Below are positions 20,470-31,866 of a stretch of 64,000 nt of DNA, one piece after another. Position numbers and translations under genes: made by a program. The stretch lies in NCBI GenBank assembly GCA_000091205.1, contig AP006490.2, one strand, 5' to 3'. Numbering within the stretch: position 1 is the first letter of the stretch; every line of letters begins with the position of its first letter. The stretch is from Cyanidioschyzon merolae (taxonomy: Eukaryota). The notes under the pieces are model-generated. The model was not told the DNA's origin and did not search any database. It saw nothing but the letters and a program-made list of their open reading frames with translations.

Positions 20470-22050
20470 GACAGCCTCGAATTACGCGGACTAGATATTG
20501 AAGTGAGAGCATTGCTGGAGCGTGTTGCAAACAAGTACGTGTTCTCGGACGCGGGCAATGTGTTCCGGCAAAAGCGAGTACATCCCGAATCATTCGTTCA
20601 TGATCGCAGTGCCGGATAGTGGCTATGATTAGAGCTCCTCGTTCGAGGGCGCACCCACGAGATGAGGTTCTCGCTGGAAGTCGTCTCGTCTGAAAGTGGC
20701 GACGTTGTCCAGGAGCGACGCGTACAAATCTTTCGAAACGCTCCATGATATCTATGCTGCCCGTACCCCATTGTTTCCCTGGTATATACCTGGTGTGACT
20801 AGGCCGTGCCTCCGTTGACAAACAAGCGATACATAGCTTTTTATTATAGCTTGTTCGTCTCTTTTCTTCATGCATGCAGCACCATTTTTGACGCGAAAAT
20901 TCCATGACTTGCACAAAACAGGTGCCGACGAACCAGGCGGCCTCTGTCGCGGCGCCAAAAACAACGAGCACCAGTTCATCTCGCGGACGATCCGAGTTAC
21001 CGAAACGTTCCCATTTGCTCTGCATCCGTTCTTCATGCCGCGAAACTGTTCTAAATCAAATGGATTCATGGAGAATAAGTTGGATTGCTTAAGCTGAAGC
21101 TTGTTGTTTTTTTGGTATTTCTCGAACAAAAGAAGATGCTTCATCTTCAACATGTCATAAAGCATGTACTCGGCGGAAAATCCAGACTAGAGACGACGTC
21201 GAGAAAATTCGATCTGTGCACACTTCTGTTGCCCAAAGTACTGACGAACGCTGGTCTGGGAGCGATTGCTGCGATGATGCGGGTTCTCAGTCCCATTTCC
21301 ATCCAAACAGAAAAGACGAACGCCTCTGGCAGCATGTCCCTTGTGAGGTGCCACGCTGCTGTTGTGGAATGCCATTTCGTGGATGGACGCAAGACTAAAG
21401 GCATTTGTCTTTCAACTTAATCTATGATCCTTCATGAGAAGATCAGTGACCCTGCGGCATGAGCTTGTGAGCAAGTCGTACAGGGATAATGTCGAGTTTT
21501 TCTCGCCGTCAATTCAGCGGCGCCAATTGCTAAGTCGTCGAGTTGTCTCGAAACAGAGAGGGTTGAAAGTTTGACAAACGCGTGATTTGGCCATGCTAAA
21601 TGTAAGAAATGGAGAAGAGAATAGGCCAGCATGAATGCATTGGATCATGATACCAGTTATTTTACGTATACTTGATCGTGCGCGTTGCGAACCATCTTGT
21701 TGATGGTAACGTAACGAATGCCATCATCAAAGAGTCGAAGAAGCCACTCCATAGACACGCCCGAGAATCCTAAAACCAAATGTGAGCCTCCAGCCTATAC
21801 TGTTGTTCTTCGCATGTCGAGGCTGCACATTCAGATCAACGTTCAGAAACATATCGAAAGGCACGCGCAGAGTAACCAGTCAAGTTTTCGGTATCAAGTC
21901 TGACACAGGTGTCGCTCGCGAGCGGCCGACACTGTGCAGCCGGCGTCCGCCACGCTGGTTTAGCGTCGCTCTTCCCGCGACTTGGTCAGAATCTCTGCGG
22001 GAGACGACTGGGATCCACGAGAAGCAGACGGACTCGAAGTCTTTATCCAT

Positions 22051-25000
22051 ATGGGGGCTAGCTGGGAGGATACGCCAGCTGCGTCTAGAATAGAATCAAA
22101 CTTTCACGAGTGGATCGAGTTACAGTACGCCGCTGCTGGTTCGACAGAAGCGGCAGCGCCAGCGCGGCAAACCATCGAAGCCTTGGTTCGTAGCGCTATC
22201 TCTTTAGATGGGTTGCACGCTCGACATCCGAGCAGCACTCGATCTAAACTATTTTATGCTTGGATAACGGATCGCTTGGCACGTGCGCTTGCTGCTGCCT
22301 GGCAGCGCTCGTCCACGGAAAGCACTGCGGGGCTAGCAGTGTTGCCTACGACGTTTCGTGAAGCTCGTTCGCGATTTCCAAGTAGCGATGCTTTCATTGA
22401 GACTTGCTTACTTGTCTCACAAGCTGTGCTTCGTTTGAGTTGCGCTCAACCCGATCTCCCTGGATCGGAGCTGTTGGCCGGAGAGCGGGGCGCGTCTTTG
22501 GCACTGCTAGCCCAGACCGTCCTTGACGAGCTCTTCAGCTTGAAGTTTGAACAGTGCGGATGGCTTCGCTGGAGGCGTTTGCTTCAAAAAAATCGCTGGT
22601 GGATTCTTTTGTTCTTATCCAAAAGTGAAGCTTCCGTTCTACAACAATTTGGTGAAGCTGTAACGCGGGCACTCAAACGCACTCCTGGACAGTCATGGGG
22701 CGCGCTGACGCTTCTGCTGCGCACACTGCTTCCGAGTCGTTCACGGACATGCACCAAGATGACGCAGACGGATTGTCGTGCTCGTGCTGGACGCATAGCT
22801 CCGGGCTCGATTGCCGCGCTCCAGCAGCTGTTGGAATACCATGTGCTACCCGTGCTGCCGAGGGCATTGTGTAGCGAGTCGCTGGCTGTGCAACGCGCCG
22901 CGGTGCGGGTTGTGCGGCTGAGCACCACAATTGCTGCCCATAGCGGCGCCGGTGCCGAGAGCAAACCGTTCACGTGGCATGCCGTGCTGTTGGAGCAGCT
23001 CCAATCCACGCACGGGGCTCGCGCACAGCCCGTGATTTGTGCGCTGCGAGCGCTCACGCTCGCAAACTCCGCTGGTACAGATGCCGGTTTGGCAGCGACG
23101 TGTGCCGCCGACGCGATGAACGCACTGCTTGGTTGGCTCGCCGCTGAGACGGATCCACCAACGCGCGTTGTTGCTGTTCGTTGCCTCGCATCCTATGTCG
23201 CTGTGGCATCTTCGCGGGCCCTGATCGATGCTGCACAACGACGCAAGCTCGAGCATGCCTACAGCGATGCATTCGGCATGAGGCAACAGCTGGACAGTGC
23301 CCCTGAGTTTCCGACGGCTCCCTACATTGCCGCCGAACTGCTCGCATGGGCACGTATGGATCTCGATCTTCGTCATAGGCGCCTGCGTTCGACAAACGCC
23401 TCAGAGAGCCCAACCACAAGGCCAAAAGAGAGACGTACCGCCGCAACTGGAGCGGTTGCAGCTCCATGCTCAGAAGAACACAAGGAACGAACAAGAAAAC
23501 TTCAGAAGCAGCCTTTACTAGCCGTATGTGCATATGCGAGCAGCATCGAGTCCGAAGCGGATCGCCTAACCGTGATCGAGCCTACCGAGCTCGCTGAAAT
23601 GCTAACGCTGTTGCAGCATGTGCAACGAACGCTAGCGCCGGATGATGGCATGGCGATCTTGACTGGCGGCAGCCGGATCGGCGCAGCGGCACTCGCAACG
23701 TGTCCAGTGGATGCGTGCGATGCGTGCGATGTTGCACGCACATGCGTGATCGCTGCACGCATGTTGTATCGGTGGTGCGTGCGTAGCGTCACGACGCCTG
23801 CGTTGCTGCAAGCGTTTGCGAACGTTTGGTTGGCGTTCTCAACACTAGACCTGCGCGTCTTTACGCCCAAAAACGTGACGGCGGATACACATGCTGCGCC
23901 TGTGGAAAACTCGAAGGAGAACTGGTTGCATGTGCGGGAAGTTGCTAGACTCGCTCGGTTGGAGTTGAGAGCCACAGATCGCGTCGACGTTGCTGAAGCG
24001 CTGTGGTCAGCATTGCGTTCAAAGTTTGTTCCCAGCTTGCTGGATCGTCTCGAACAGATCTGCATTGCTGTCCCGCGGTACGCAGAGTACACGAATGCCG
24101 CGGGTGTCTCGTATTGGCCCGTATACTCGACACGCCGGGGCTGGCTACGGGGGTTTCGGAAGCGTTTCGCGGCACTGATTGCTTCGATGCCCCTTGATGT
24201 ACAGTCGCCAAACGCTATAGCTAGTGCACTGATGTTCATGGTGCACCCTTTGGCGACGAGGCAAGCACGACGTCGCTACGAGGCTTTCACACAGTGGCAC
24301 ATGCCAGAGGCGCCGCTCTCTACGCTGCTTCGGGAGATGAGTAGCGTTGCCGACACGCTGGGCCGCGCTCCTCACACTGCTATTGCCGAGTTCTCAATTG
24401 ATGCCCTCGGTTTATTGCGTGCATCGATACGAACCTGGGGCTGGCTCTTGATTGAAATCGGACTGAAGCACTTTCCCGATTTGTATAGTCTCTCAACGAA
24501 TGTGTTCGAGACGTTCGTGTTGCCAGCGCTGACGGAAATCTGGCGCGAATCATGGACAGCTGACGACTTGCGGCTGGTGCACGACGCGATGCCGTCACCG
24601 CCACAGCCGCCACAGGAACCTGTTCGCAAACCGCCACGAGATCGCAATCCTGCTGATGGAATTTCAAGCAATCGCACGAAGCAGGAGCAACAAGCTGAGC
24701 GTGATCGCTACCAGACCGCAATGATTCGCTATGAAGAGCTATTAAGCATTTATCGCGAGAAGGAGCGTCGACGCGAGCATCTGTTGCAGCAGCAGCGCGC
24801 GTTGCATGACGCTTTAGCAGGAATCTGGGCCGGATGGTGCGAAATGCTGACAACGCTCCGTTTATCAGAGTTCGGCTCTGAGCTCTGCGATCTGTTCTTG
24901 CTTTCGATGGAGGTACTGCATCGCGTCACGAAGCACCTTGATAGGAATCGGGCTCGGGAGGTTTGGATGGCGCTGCTCCGGTCGGTGCAGCGCTTGGTGC

Positions 25001-28000
25001 ATTCCAGTCCGATGGCAGCCGAGGACAGTGCGCAGAACGCTCGGCAGCGAATGCTGGCCGCAGTGCTCAGCGTACCGCTTCACGCGGACGCCGTGGTAGA
25101 ACATCACGCGCTCAGTGGTGGCATCCCTGCGTTGCCTCGATACCCGTTGGATTTCATCCGTGGAGCGCTCCCGATTGTTCTCGCGTCGATGCAGAGCACT
25201 TTGCGCACAACCGAAAACCAAGTCCTCACGCTCGCTCCCTGGTTGTTCCTGGCGGAGAGCATCGCACTCGAGCCGCGAACTAGCCGCGCAGCGCTACCTG
25301 TCCTCCTGCCTCTCTACAAATTGGTGACCGACGAGATCGATCACGGGCCGATGAACGATCTGTTGGTCTCGTGCGTATGGCGATCTTTCGGGCTCACTGT
25401 TCTGCTCTGCTTCCTGACCGGGCAATGCGGCCTCGAATCAGTGGAAACAGAGACCAGAGAGGATCTCGAAAGCATGCTCTGGAAGCAGAGTCGATGCTGG
25501 CGTCGAGCGATGCGCTCTGACAGGGCCTCTGCAGAAGAGCGGTGTGCGGCATCACCGAGAACCGCGTTTGAACCGCTCCCGCCAGAGATCGAGAGCCGGC
25601 TTCTCGCGGAACTCCGCGGCCTGCCGGGGCCTGCGGGAGCCTCACCTCCCAGTGATGATGATGATGATGATGATCCGATTGCGGCAGCGGAGACATCCGC
25701 TAGCTTTTGCCGCTGGCGCGATGTCCTGTGTCGGGCGCTGCCGTTTCCCTGGTCGAGTCAAGGGCTACTCATTCATCGCTCGATTCTGGAGCTTTTGCCT
25801 GGAGTCCTCGGCACGAACGCCTCCGTTCGTTCCGTATGCGTGTTCTTGGCAGAGCAAATTCCCGCAGAGTGGCGACGGCACAGTCTCGCCTGGAGGCTCA
25901 CGCTGACGCTCGCGAGTCACGATCGCGTCCAGGAGGTAGCTTGGAAAGCGCAGCAGCTTCTCGAGCAACCTATTCACGACGTCAGTATGCTGGCGCCATG
26001 GCTGGAGCATCCTCACGCGTTCCTTCGACAGGCAGCCGCCGATGGCATCGCGGATAGCGTGGTACGCGCTGCCGACCCGCTTGCACTATTGCGTCAGTGG
26101 CTCCCTGTATGGTTTGCGCGTTTTCCCAAGCCAGTATCCATCGACCCGAGAGCGTCACCTGGTGCTCCGCGGAAACGCCCCGAGCAGGTCATGCACGCAT
26201 CAGAGCAGTTCTTTGGCGAAGGTTTGTCGCAGGTGCTTATCGCTCTGGCTACGCGAGACGAACGTCCCGTCAGTGCGGACCTACTGCCCATGATATTCAC
26301 GTTTCTCTGTGCTCGCGGTTGGCTGCATCTAGCAGCCTCTGTACGTCAGCGTCTGCGACAAGCTGCGATTTGTTTCATTGAGCAGCACGGATCCGTCGCT
26401 GTGCACACGTTACTGGCTTTCCTCAGCAGCGCTCTGGAAAATCCTCCAGCAGATCTCGAAATTACCCTGCAAGATCTGCGACAAGAAAACATTGTGATCG
26501 CTCTAGGCATGCTGGCGCTCCATATTCCGTCCCACGAGCCAGCGCTTTTGGGAGACGTCGGTGCTCGGCTCGCGCGCGTGGCATTGGCGACGCCCGCCGC
26601 AGACGTCCAGCAGGCAGCTGCGGATGTGCTCGCGCGACTGATTCCCAAATGGATGATCATCGATGATGCGACAGTGCGCGAGCGTATTGAAAGCTGGTTT
26701 GAGTGTGCTCTGAGCTCAGGGAGCTACGGCGAACGCCGGGGTGCTGCACTGCTCTGGGCGGCTGCGCAGAGCGCAACCACTGGAGCAGCAGCACCAGCAG
26801 CAACGTCCTGGAGCGGCTCTCTGCCAGCACAACGGATCCGCAGGATTCTTGCTGATCGCGATGCTCCTCTGGAGGCACGTCTGGGGGCGCTGACGCTGCT
26901 GGAAGCGCTCGCGATGCGCCTGGAATCCGCATACGAACCCATCGGTGTGGAGATGTTACCGCTGCTGTTGCAGGCTTCGGGTGATACCATGACGAGCGTG
27001 CGTCAAGCCAGCGCTGACGCATCCCGCGCATTCATGCGCCATCTGAGTAAGGCACGAATGTCGGCGGTGCTCGATTCACTCATTGGACAACTTGATCAGA
27101 CTGGTGCTGCATGGCGAACCCGCATGGCCGCTCTCGACATGCTCGGCAGCATGGCGGACATGGGTCCCGAGCAACTCTCCCAGGCACTCCCGGAAATCGT
27201 GCCTCGTCTGGTGACAGCACTCACTGATGTACATCCGCGAGTGCAGGAAACCGCTTCGCTAGCGCTTTCTCGCATGGCTGAATTGGCGATGCAGGTCCCA
27301 GCAGAGGAACTCGAAACTGAGAATGACAACGCGAAGCTGCAGCAGGCACTTGCTCGTTCCTTGTCAAAGCGTCTCGTGCAAGCATTGAGTCACCCTGAAC
27401 AGTACCTGCTCCCCGTGCTTCACGAGTTGCGGCGAGAGCTGCAACGGACCCTCATGCTGAGCGGCATTCGTGGCGGAGGTTCAAGTGCTTCCGTCCTACT
27501 TTTGGATGCACTGCTGCTGCCGCTACTCCGCCGGGCGCTCTCACATCGCCAACTCTCGGTACGCGAGGGCGGCCTTGATGTGCTCCTCGAGCGTATGCGG
27601 ACCAGTGATCGGTGCGCAGGCTATCGAGGCAGCAAGGCATACGATGCACTGTCATTTTCGTGGACACTAGCGCAGCTCGAGCAGGATGTTGTGTCGGTGA
27701 TCTTACGAGACCCGTCACCAGAGCAGAGGCACAGGGCAGCCCTGGCTCTCCGCGAGCTCATGCGTCCGCTTTCGTCTGCCGCAGACGCTACGCCTTGGCA
27801 GCGAGCGACCAGGGATTGCGCTGCGCTGGACGCAGTGGCCGGCGATGTCAGCGAGCGTGCGAGCACCACATGCGACACCGCGGAGCGTTCTGGGGTGCTC
27901 GTCTCCGCTCGGGATTCGACGGGTCGGATCGCGTCGCCGCCTGACCCTGGTGTATTTCTAGCAAGTCTCTGGGATCGACTCGTTGCGGAGCTATTCTCGG

Positions 28001-31000
28001 AACGCAATGCGTTTACGGAGCGAAGCGGTGCTGCTGAGGCCCTGGCAAGTCTCGCCAGTCTCTGGTGGCGAGGCACAGGAAACGAAGTGCGCACAGGGAC
28101 TGTTGCTGATGAGCAAACGCCAGTACCGCCCCCGCAAGCCGGTCATGTGGCAGCGCGACACGGTGAGCGTCAGCGCTACGAAGCATTTTTGAGGCCGCTT
28201 GTTTGGGATGCACTCGAATCCGGTGCTCCTTCGGGCAGTTCGTCGAGTATCCGACGCGAGAGTGCGCTGTTGTTCGTTGGCGCTTTGGCGCGTCACGGCA
28301 TTCCGGAACACACTTCGCTCTGGCGAGCTGTTCTCGGCTCTCTGCACGATGCCCAGGAGCCTGTGCGACAAGCGGCGCTCAGTGCAGGCGCGGCACTGAT
28401 TCACGCAGCACTGCAGGAGACTGCACGTTCAGAAGCGACCGGGTACAGTGCTCGGGAGCTGCCGTCGCCGGGGACGTCCTCGCACGATGCGCAGCAGATC
28501 GCTCGTCGCGGAACGCACGGGTTGGAGCACTGGTTCGAGGCTCCCTGCTGGCAAGCACTGGAGCAAGGTCTCCTCGCAAGTCACTGGCGGGAACGATGGG
28601 CATGCCTGGAACTCGGCGACCAAGCCGGTCGTTGTACCGAGCTGCTTGTCACAGGTGACGTCATCGCGCAGGCACCAGCAACGTTGCTTGTGGCGGGCGT
28701 GCAGGCGGGTACTTCGGACGCCGCCCTCTCCATCAGCGTTTCGCAAGCGAATGGCGTTACGACGAAAGCGCGCATCCCGAGCCAAGAACCCGGTACCGCA
28801 TTCGCAGACATCGGCGACTTGGTGTTCAGGTCCCGACCCGGGTTCGTCGCTCGCCTCTACATCCTGCGCTTTGATCCGAGCACCACTGTGCAGAGCCGCG
28901 CAAACGCACTCTGGAAGAAATGGGTACTGAACCCGGCGCGCATGCTACATGCGCTTGCATCCTCGATACTGGACATTGCGCTGGTGGGTTTCCAATCCGC
29001 TTCGCGCAGCAGTACTGCGGTCACGGGTGACGAAGATTTGATGCAGGCGCTGCAAGGCGCGCTCGCGGATCTCTGCGGCAAACTCGGCACGAATGTGACC
29101 GCTCGTGCACTGGACGCGCTACAGCATCTGATTATCGATGATGGCAGCAGAGAGGGCACTGTCGGTGCTACGGCTGCAGCGCATGCGCTTGTCCAGATCG
29201 TTGAGGCGCTGCCCTATACCGTGCGCGAGCAGCTGGGTGATCCGCATCTGCTCCAAGTTGCGCGCCATTGCCTGGAGCAGGACTCGGAGGCATTCGAGCC
29301 GGTTCGGCAGGCGGGCGGAACGCTTTTATCGCTGCTGGTACCTGTCGTCGGCGAGCGACGCGTGCTGGATCATTTGGTGTTGCCGCTGTGGGAGCGCTTT
29401 GAGCGCGCAACGCCGATCGGGGCCACTGCTGCCGTCGCGCATTGCAACGTGACACAAAGTAGCGCATCGACTACCACGAGCGTGCCGCCTCTCGGTGATG
29501 CCGCTCGCGGTCTGGTGCAGGCGCTGAGCCTTGCGGGTCTGGGCGTGCGGCTGCAGACGCTCCTTGTGCCCCGTTGGCTTGACGCCGGGCGTTGGGATGC
29601 ACTCGCTGCGCTGATCGCTCTGTTGGACACGGCACTCGCTCCAAACCTGATTCCGGTTGCGCTGAGTCGCCTCTTTGAAACCCCAAGCGCAGCGCAACGG
29701 GACCTCGTCTCAGACGAGACGATTTCGACAGTGTTCGGCTCCGAGGCGTCGACGAAAGCGGCAGAGGCTCTGGCGCGATACATGCCAACCGCCGTGGTTA
29801 CATTCGCACAGGACGAGTTGGCGTCTGCAGACGTCACCAGACGACGCCGAGCGATAACCCTGCTGCGGTTCATTTTCGTCGACAATCCCGTGGACGCGCT
29901 CAGTAGCCAGCGCTTGATCGAGTCGACAAGTCAGACGCGCATCAGCGACATATTTGCGCGACTCGTTCGCGCACTGGCCGACACGGACGACTTTATTGTC
30001 CAGCAAGCTGCCCAGGTATTCCAGTATAGCGTCGCACGAGTCGCTCCGGGGGCGCGCGTCGCAGCAGTCGCACCGGTGCGCGAAGCGCTGCGCGCACTAG
30101 GCGGCGGCACTGGAGAGCCCGGCGCTGGTACCCCGGTTCGTGGACTCTGCTTGGAGCCGTACAACGTGCTCGGCATTTCGCCTGTGCTGAGTTTATACCA
30201 GCACGCGCTGAGCGACCCAGAGACGCGACCGGAAACCCAGGAGCAGGCGGCACTGGGCATTGCCGAGTTGGTTCAGCAGGTGCCGCCGGCCGTCGCGCAG
30301 CCGCATGCGCTGCGCCTCATGGGACTTGCGATCCGCCTGTTATCGGACCGACAGACGCACTGGCCAGTGACGGTGGCACTGTTGAAAGCGCTCACGGCGT
30401 TTTGGGTGCAGGCAGCGAGAAGCGCTCGAGCGTTGGCCCCCGCGCTCCAAAGTGTTCTGCTGCGATACTTGCGCGACTCGCAACGCATGGTGCGACACGC
30501 CAGCGCCGAGGCGTTCGTTTGGTTGGTACTCGAGCATCCGCGCCCCGAGACAGCGCTCTCGGAACTAGCACGACTCGCCCAGAGTCAGGACGTGAATGCA
30601 ACCCAGCGTTTGGTGGCGATGGAGTGCCTCGCCAAGCTGCTGCGTGTCGCTGCAGAACGACGCAGCCGCGCACCATCACATCGTGATCCGGTTGAGCAGT
30701 CGCCGATCGCGACGCCACTCGAACAAGTGCTCAGGTCCTCGGGTGTGTGGCCGCAGCGCTTGCAGGAGACCGTGCGTGCCGCACTGGGGTCGGCGCTGGA
30801 CGCGGAGCGCCTCTGTGCTGCCCAGTTACTGGCGGCCGTGCATCGGTACTGGTTCGAGGATGTCGAGGTGCGGCACCAGTGTGTTCAGATGGCTGTGACG
30901 CTGGACACTGGTCGAGAGCAATCCAAGAGTGCCGTCGCCTGCCAGCATGGCCAGCTACTTGCGCTGCAGACAATGCTTGCCGACGGGGATCTAGCCTGGA

Positions 31001-31488
31001 GTCCCAAGCAATTGGCAGATATCGACGCACAGGCACGACGTTATCTAACCAGTGAGGCAGCACCGCTGCGCAAAGCAGCGATCCAGGTCATTGCCGCACT
31101 TGCGCTGCATACAGAAGAGAGCACCCAACATCAACAGTGGACGCGTCTGGTGGTAGAGCGTCTCCATGAAGACACGTTTTCGGAGGTGCGCGAAGCAGCA
31201 CTCCAGGCGCTTGGTACTGTTGGAACGCTGGACACGGTATTGCCGCTGTTGCTGCAATGGTCGTATAGGCGCAGTGGAGAACGCGCACCCTCGCTTCGCA
31301 CTGCCGCCATTGAGGCGCTCCAACAACGACTCGTCGACGACTTGATGGCCGCAGTGCGCTGGGATGTGCTGCGTCAGGCGCAGCAGCTCATTAGGGGGAG
31401 CGGTGAACCCGATGCAAGCTCCCAGAGTGATTGGCTGGAGCGACTCGCGCTCAACACGGTGGCAAGCAAGAGCCTCACGAATCGCTAA
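22051..31488 (+). CDS. GCN1: GCN1 (eIF2-alpha kinase activator / ribosome-collision sensor), giant HEAT-repeat protein.
   Basis: The eEF3-like region matches GCN1: WRTRMAALDMLGSMADMGPEQLSQALPEIVPRLVTALTDVHPRVQ, and FTERSGAAEALASLASLW (compare DRSGAAQGLAEV in human). Helical repeats run throughout. The track start at 21982 is TTG; the first ATG is at 22051. Confidence 0.85.
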   Translation: MGASWEDTPAASRIESNFHEWIELQYAAAGSTEAAAPARQTIEALVRSAISLDGLHARHPSSTRSKLFYAWITDRLARALAAAWQRSSTESTAGLAVLPTTFREARSRFPSSDAFIETCLLVSQAVLRLSCAQPDLPGSELLAGERGASLALLAQTVLDELFSLKFEQCGWLRWRRLLQKNRWWILLFLSKSEASVLQQFGEAVTRALKRTPGQSWGALTLLLRTLLPSRSRTCTKMTQTDCRARAGRIAPGSIAALQQLLEYHVLPVLPRALCSESLAVQRAAVRVVRLSTTIAAHSGAGAESKPFTWHAVLLEQLQSTHGARAQPVICALRALTLANSAGTDAGLAATCAADAMNALLGWLAAETDPPTRVVAVRCLASYVAVASSRALIDAAQRRKLEHAYSDAFGMRQQLDSAPEFPTAPYIAAELLAWARMDLDLRHRRLRSTNASESPTTRPKERRTAATGAVAAPCSEEHKERTRKLQKQPLLAVCAYASSIESEADRLTVIEPTELAEMLTLLQHVQRTLAPDDGMAILTGGSRIGAAALATCPVDACDACDVARTCVIAARMLYRWCVRSVTTPALLQAFANVWLAFSTLDLRVFTPKNVTADTHAAPVENSKENWLHVREVARLARLELRATDRVDVAEALWSALRSKFVPSLLDRLEQICIAVPRYAEYTNAAGVSYWPVYSTRRGWLRGFRKRFAALIASMPLDVQSPNAIASALMFMVHPLATRQARRRYEAFTQWHMPEAPLSTLLREMSSVADTLGRAPHTAIAEFSIDALGLLRASIRTWGWLLIEIGLKHFPDLYSLSTNVFETFVLPALTEIWRESWTADDLRLVHDAMPSPPQPPQEPVRKPPRDRNPADGISSNRTKQEQQAERDRYQTAMIRYEELLSIYREKERRREHLLQQQRALHDALAGIWAGWCEMLTTLRLSEFGSELCDLFLLSMEVLHRVTKHLDRNRAREVWMALLRSVQRLVHSSPMAAEDSAQNARQRMLAAVLSVPLHADAVVEHHALSGGIPALPRYPLDFIRGALPIVLASMQSTLRTTENQVLTLAPWLFLAESIALEPRTSRAALPVLLPLYKLVTDEIDHGPMNDLLVSCVWRSFGLTVLLCFLTGQCGLESVETETREDLESMLWKQSRCWRRAMRSDRASAEERCAASPRTAFEPLPPEIESRLLAELRGLPGPAGASPPSDDDDDDDPIAAAETSASFCRWRDVLCRALPFPWSSQGLLIHRSILELLPGVLGTNASVRSVCVFLAEQIPAEWRRHSLAWRLTLTLASHDRVQEVAWKAQQLLEQPIHDVSMLAPWLEHPHAFLRQAAADGIADSVVRAADPLALLRQWLPVWFARFPKPVSIDPRASPGAPRKRPEQVMHASEQFFGEGLSQVLIALATRDERPVSADLLPMIFTFLCARGWLHLAASVRQRLRQAAICFIEQHGSVAVHTLLAFLSSALENPPADLEITLQDLRQENIVIALGMLALHIPSHEPALLGDVGARLARVALATPAADVQQAAADVLARLIPKWMIIDDATVRERIESWFECALSSGSYGERRGAALLWAAAQSATTGAAAPAATSWSGSLPAQRIRRILADRDAPLEARLGALTLLEALAMRLESAYEPIGVEMLPLLLQASGDTMTSVRQASADASRAFMRHLSKARMSAVLDSLIGQLDQTGAAWRTRMAALDMLGSMADMGPEQLSQALPEIVPRLVTALTDVHPRVQETASLALSRMAELAMQVPAEELETENDNAKLQQALARSLSKRLVQALSHPEQYLLPVLHELRRELQRTLMLSGIRGGGSSASVLLLDALLLPLLRRALSHRQLSVREGGLDVLLERMRTSDRCAGYRGSKAYDALSFSWTLAQLEQDVVSVILRDPSPEQRHRAALALRELMRPLSSAADATPWQRATRDCAALDAVAGDVSERASTTCDTAERSGVLVSARDSTGRIASPPDPGVFLASLWDRLVAELFSERNAFTERSGAAEALASLASLWWRGTGNEVRTGTVADEQTPVPPPQAGHVAARHGERQRYEAFLRPLVWDALESGAPSGSSSSIRRESALLFVGALARHGIPEHTSLWRAVLGSLHDAQEPVRQAALSAGAALIHAALQETARSEATGYSARELPSPGTSSHDAQQIARRGTHGLEHWFEAPCWQALEQGLLASHWRERWACLELGDQAGRCTELLVTGDVIAQAPATLLVAGVQAGTSDAALSISVSQANGVTTKARIPSQEPGTAFADIGDLVFRSRPGFVARLYILRFDPSTTVQSRANALWKKWVLNPARMLHALASSILDIALVGFQSASRSSTAVTGDEDLMQALQGALADLCGKLGTNVTARALDALQHLIIDDGSREGTVGATAAAHALVQIVEALPYTVREQLGDPHLLQVARHCLEQDSEAFEPVRQAGGTLLSLLVPVVGERRVLDHLVLPLWERFERATPIGATAAVAHCNVTQSSASTTTSVPPLGDAARGLVQALSLAGLGVRLQTLLVPRWLDAGRWDALAALIALLDTALAPNLIPVALSRLFETPSAAQRDLVSDETISTVFGSEASTKAAEALARYMPTAVVTFAQDELASADVTRRRRAITLLRFIFVDNPVDALSSQRLIESTSQTRISDIFARLVRALADTDDFIVQQAAQVFQYSVARVAPGARVAAVAPVREALRALGGGTGEPGAGTPVRGLCLEPYNVLGISPVLSLYQHALSDPETRPETQEQAALGIAELVQQVPPAVAQPHALRLMGLAIRLLSDRQTHWPVTVALLKALTAFWVQAARSARALAPALQSVLLRYLRDSQRMVRHASAEAFVWLVLEHPRPETALSELARLAQSQDVNATQRLVAMECLAKLLRVAAERRSRAPSHRDPVEQSPIATPLEQVLRSSGVWPQRLQETVRAALGSALDAERLCAAQLLAAVHRYWFEDVEVRHQCVQMAVTLDTGREQSKSAVACQHGQLLALQTMLADGDLAWSPKQLADIDAQARRYLTSEAAPLRKAAIQVIAALALHTEESTQHQQWTRLVVERLHEDTFSEVREAALQALGTVGTLDTVLPLLLQWSYRRSGERAPSLRTAAIEALQQRLVDDLMAAVRWDVLRQAQQLIRGSGEPDASSQSDWLERLALNTVASKSLTNR

Positions 31489-31866
31489 CCTCGCGCATGT
31501 TCGCTGCTGTATTCATTTGTCGAGCATTTTGGTGAACGAGACGATGATGCGGTATTCGCATACTTGGGCAAATGCTAGCGTTGAGGCGCGCGCCGCATTC
31601 CCGAACGAACACACTGGCGTCCTCAGGTATTCTCGATCATCGTCAGGTCGTGCGTTCCAAACGGGCGCTGCGCCTGGAAGGAGCACCCGCGTTCACGCCT
31701 GGAGTATTCATGCGGACGCAACGCGGAGACGGAACGGCTTTGCCTTGTCCGTGTGGGCGTCCAGAGCATGGCCGCCGTTGATGCGGCGCGCACCTGCGCT
31801 TCTGCTGCTTGTGGAAAGCATGCACGCCCTGCATGGATTCGCGGTCGATGCGTAACGTGCCTGCAC

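Noticed and set aside
22584-30718. Many 100-250-aa ORFs on the '-' strand inside the GCN1 gene (e.g. 23502-24239, 27621-28094, 29370-29885).
   Set aside because: Antisense to a 9.4-kb gene with strong homology. Stop-poor antisense frames are expected in GC-rich coding sequence. Their translations are low-complexity and Arg/Ala-rich.
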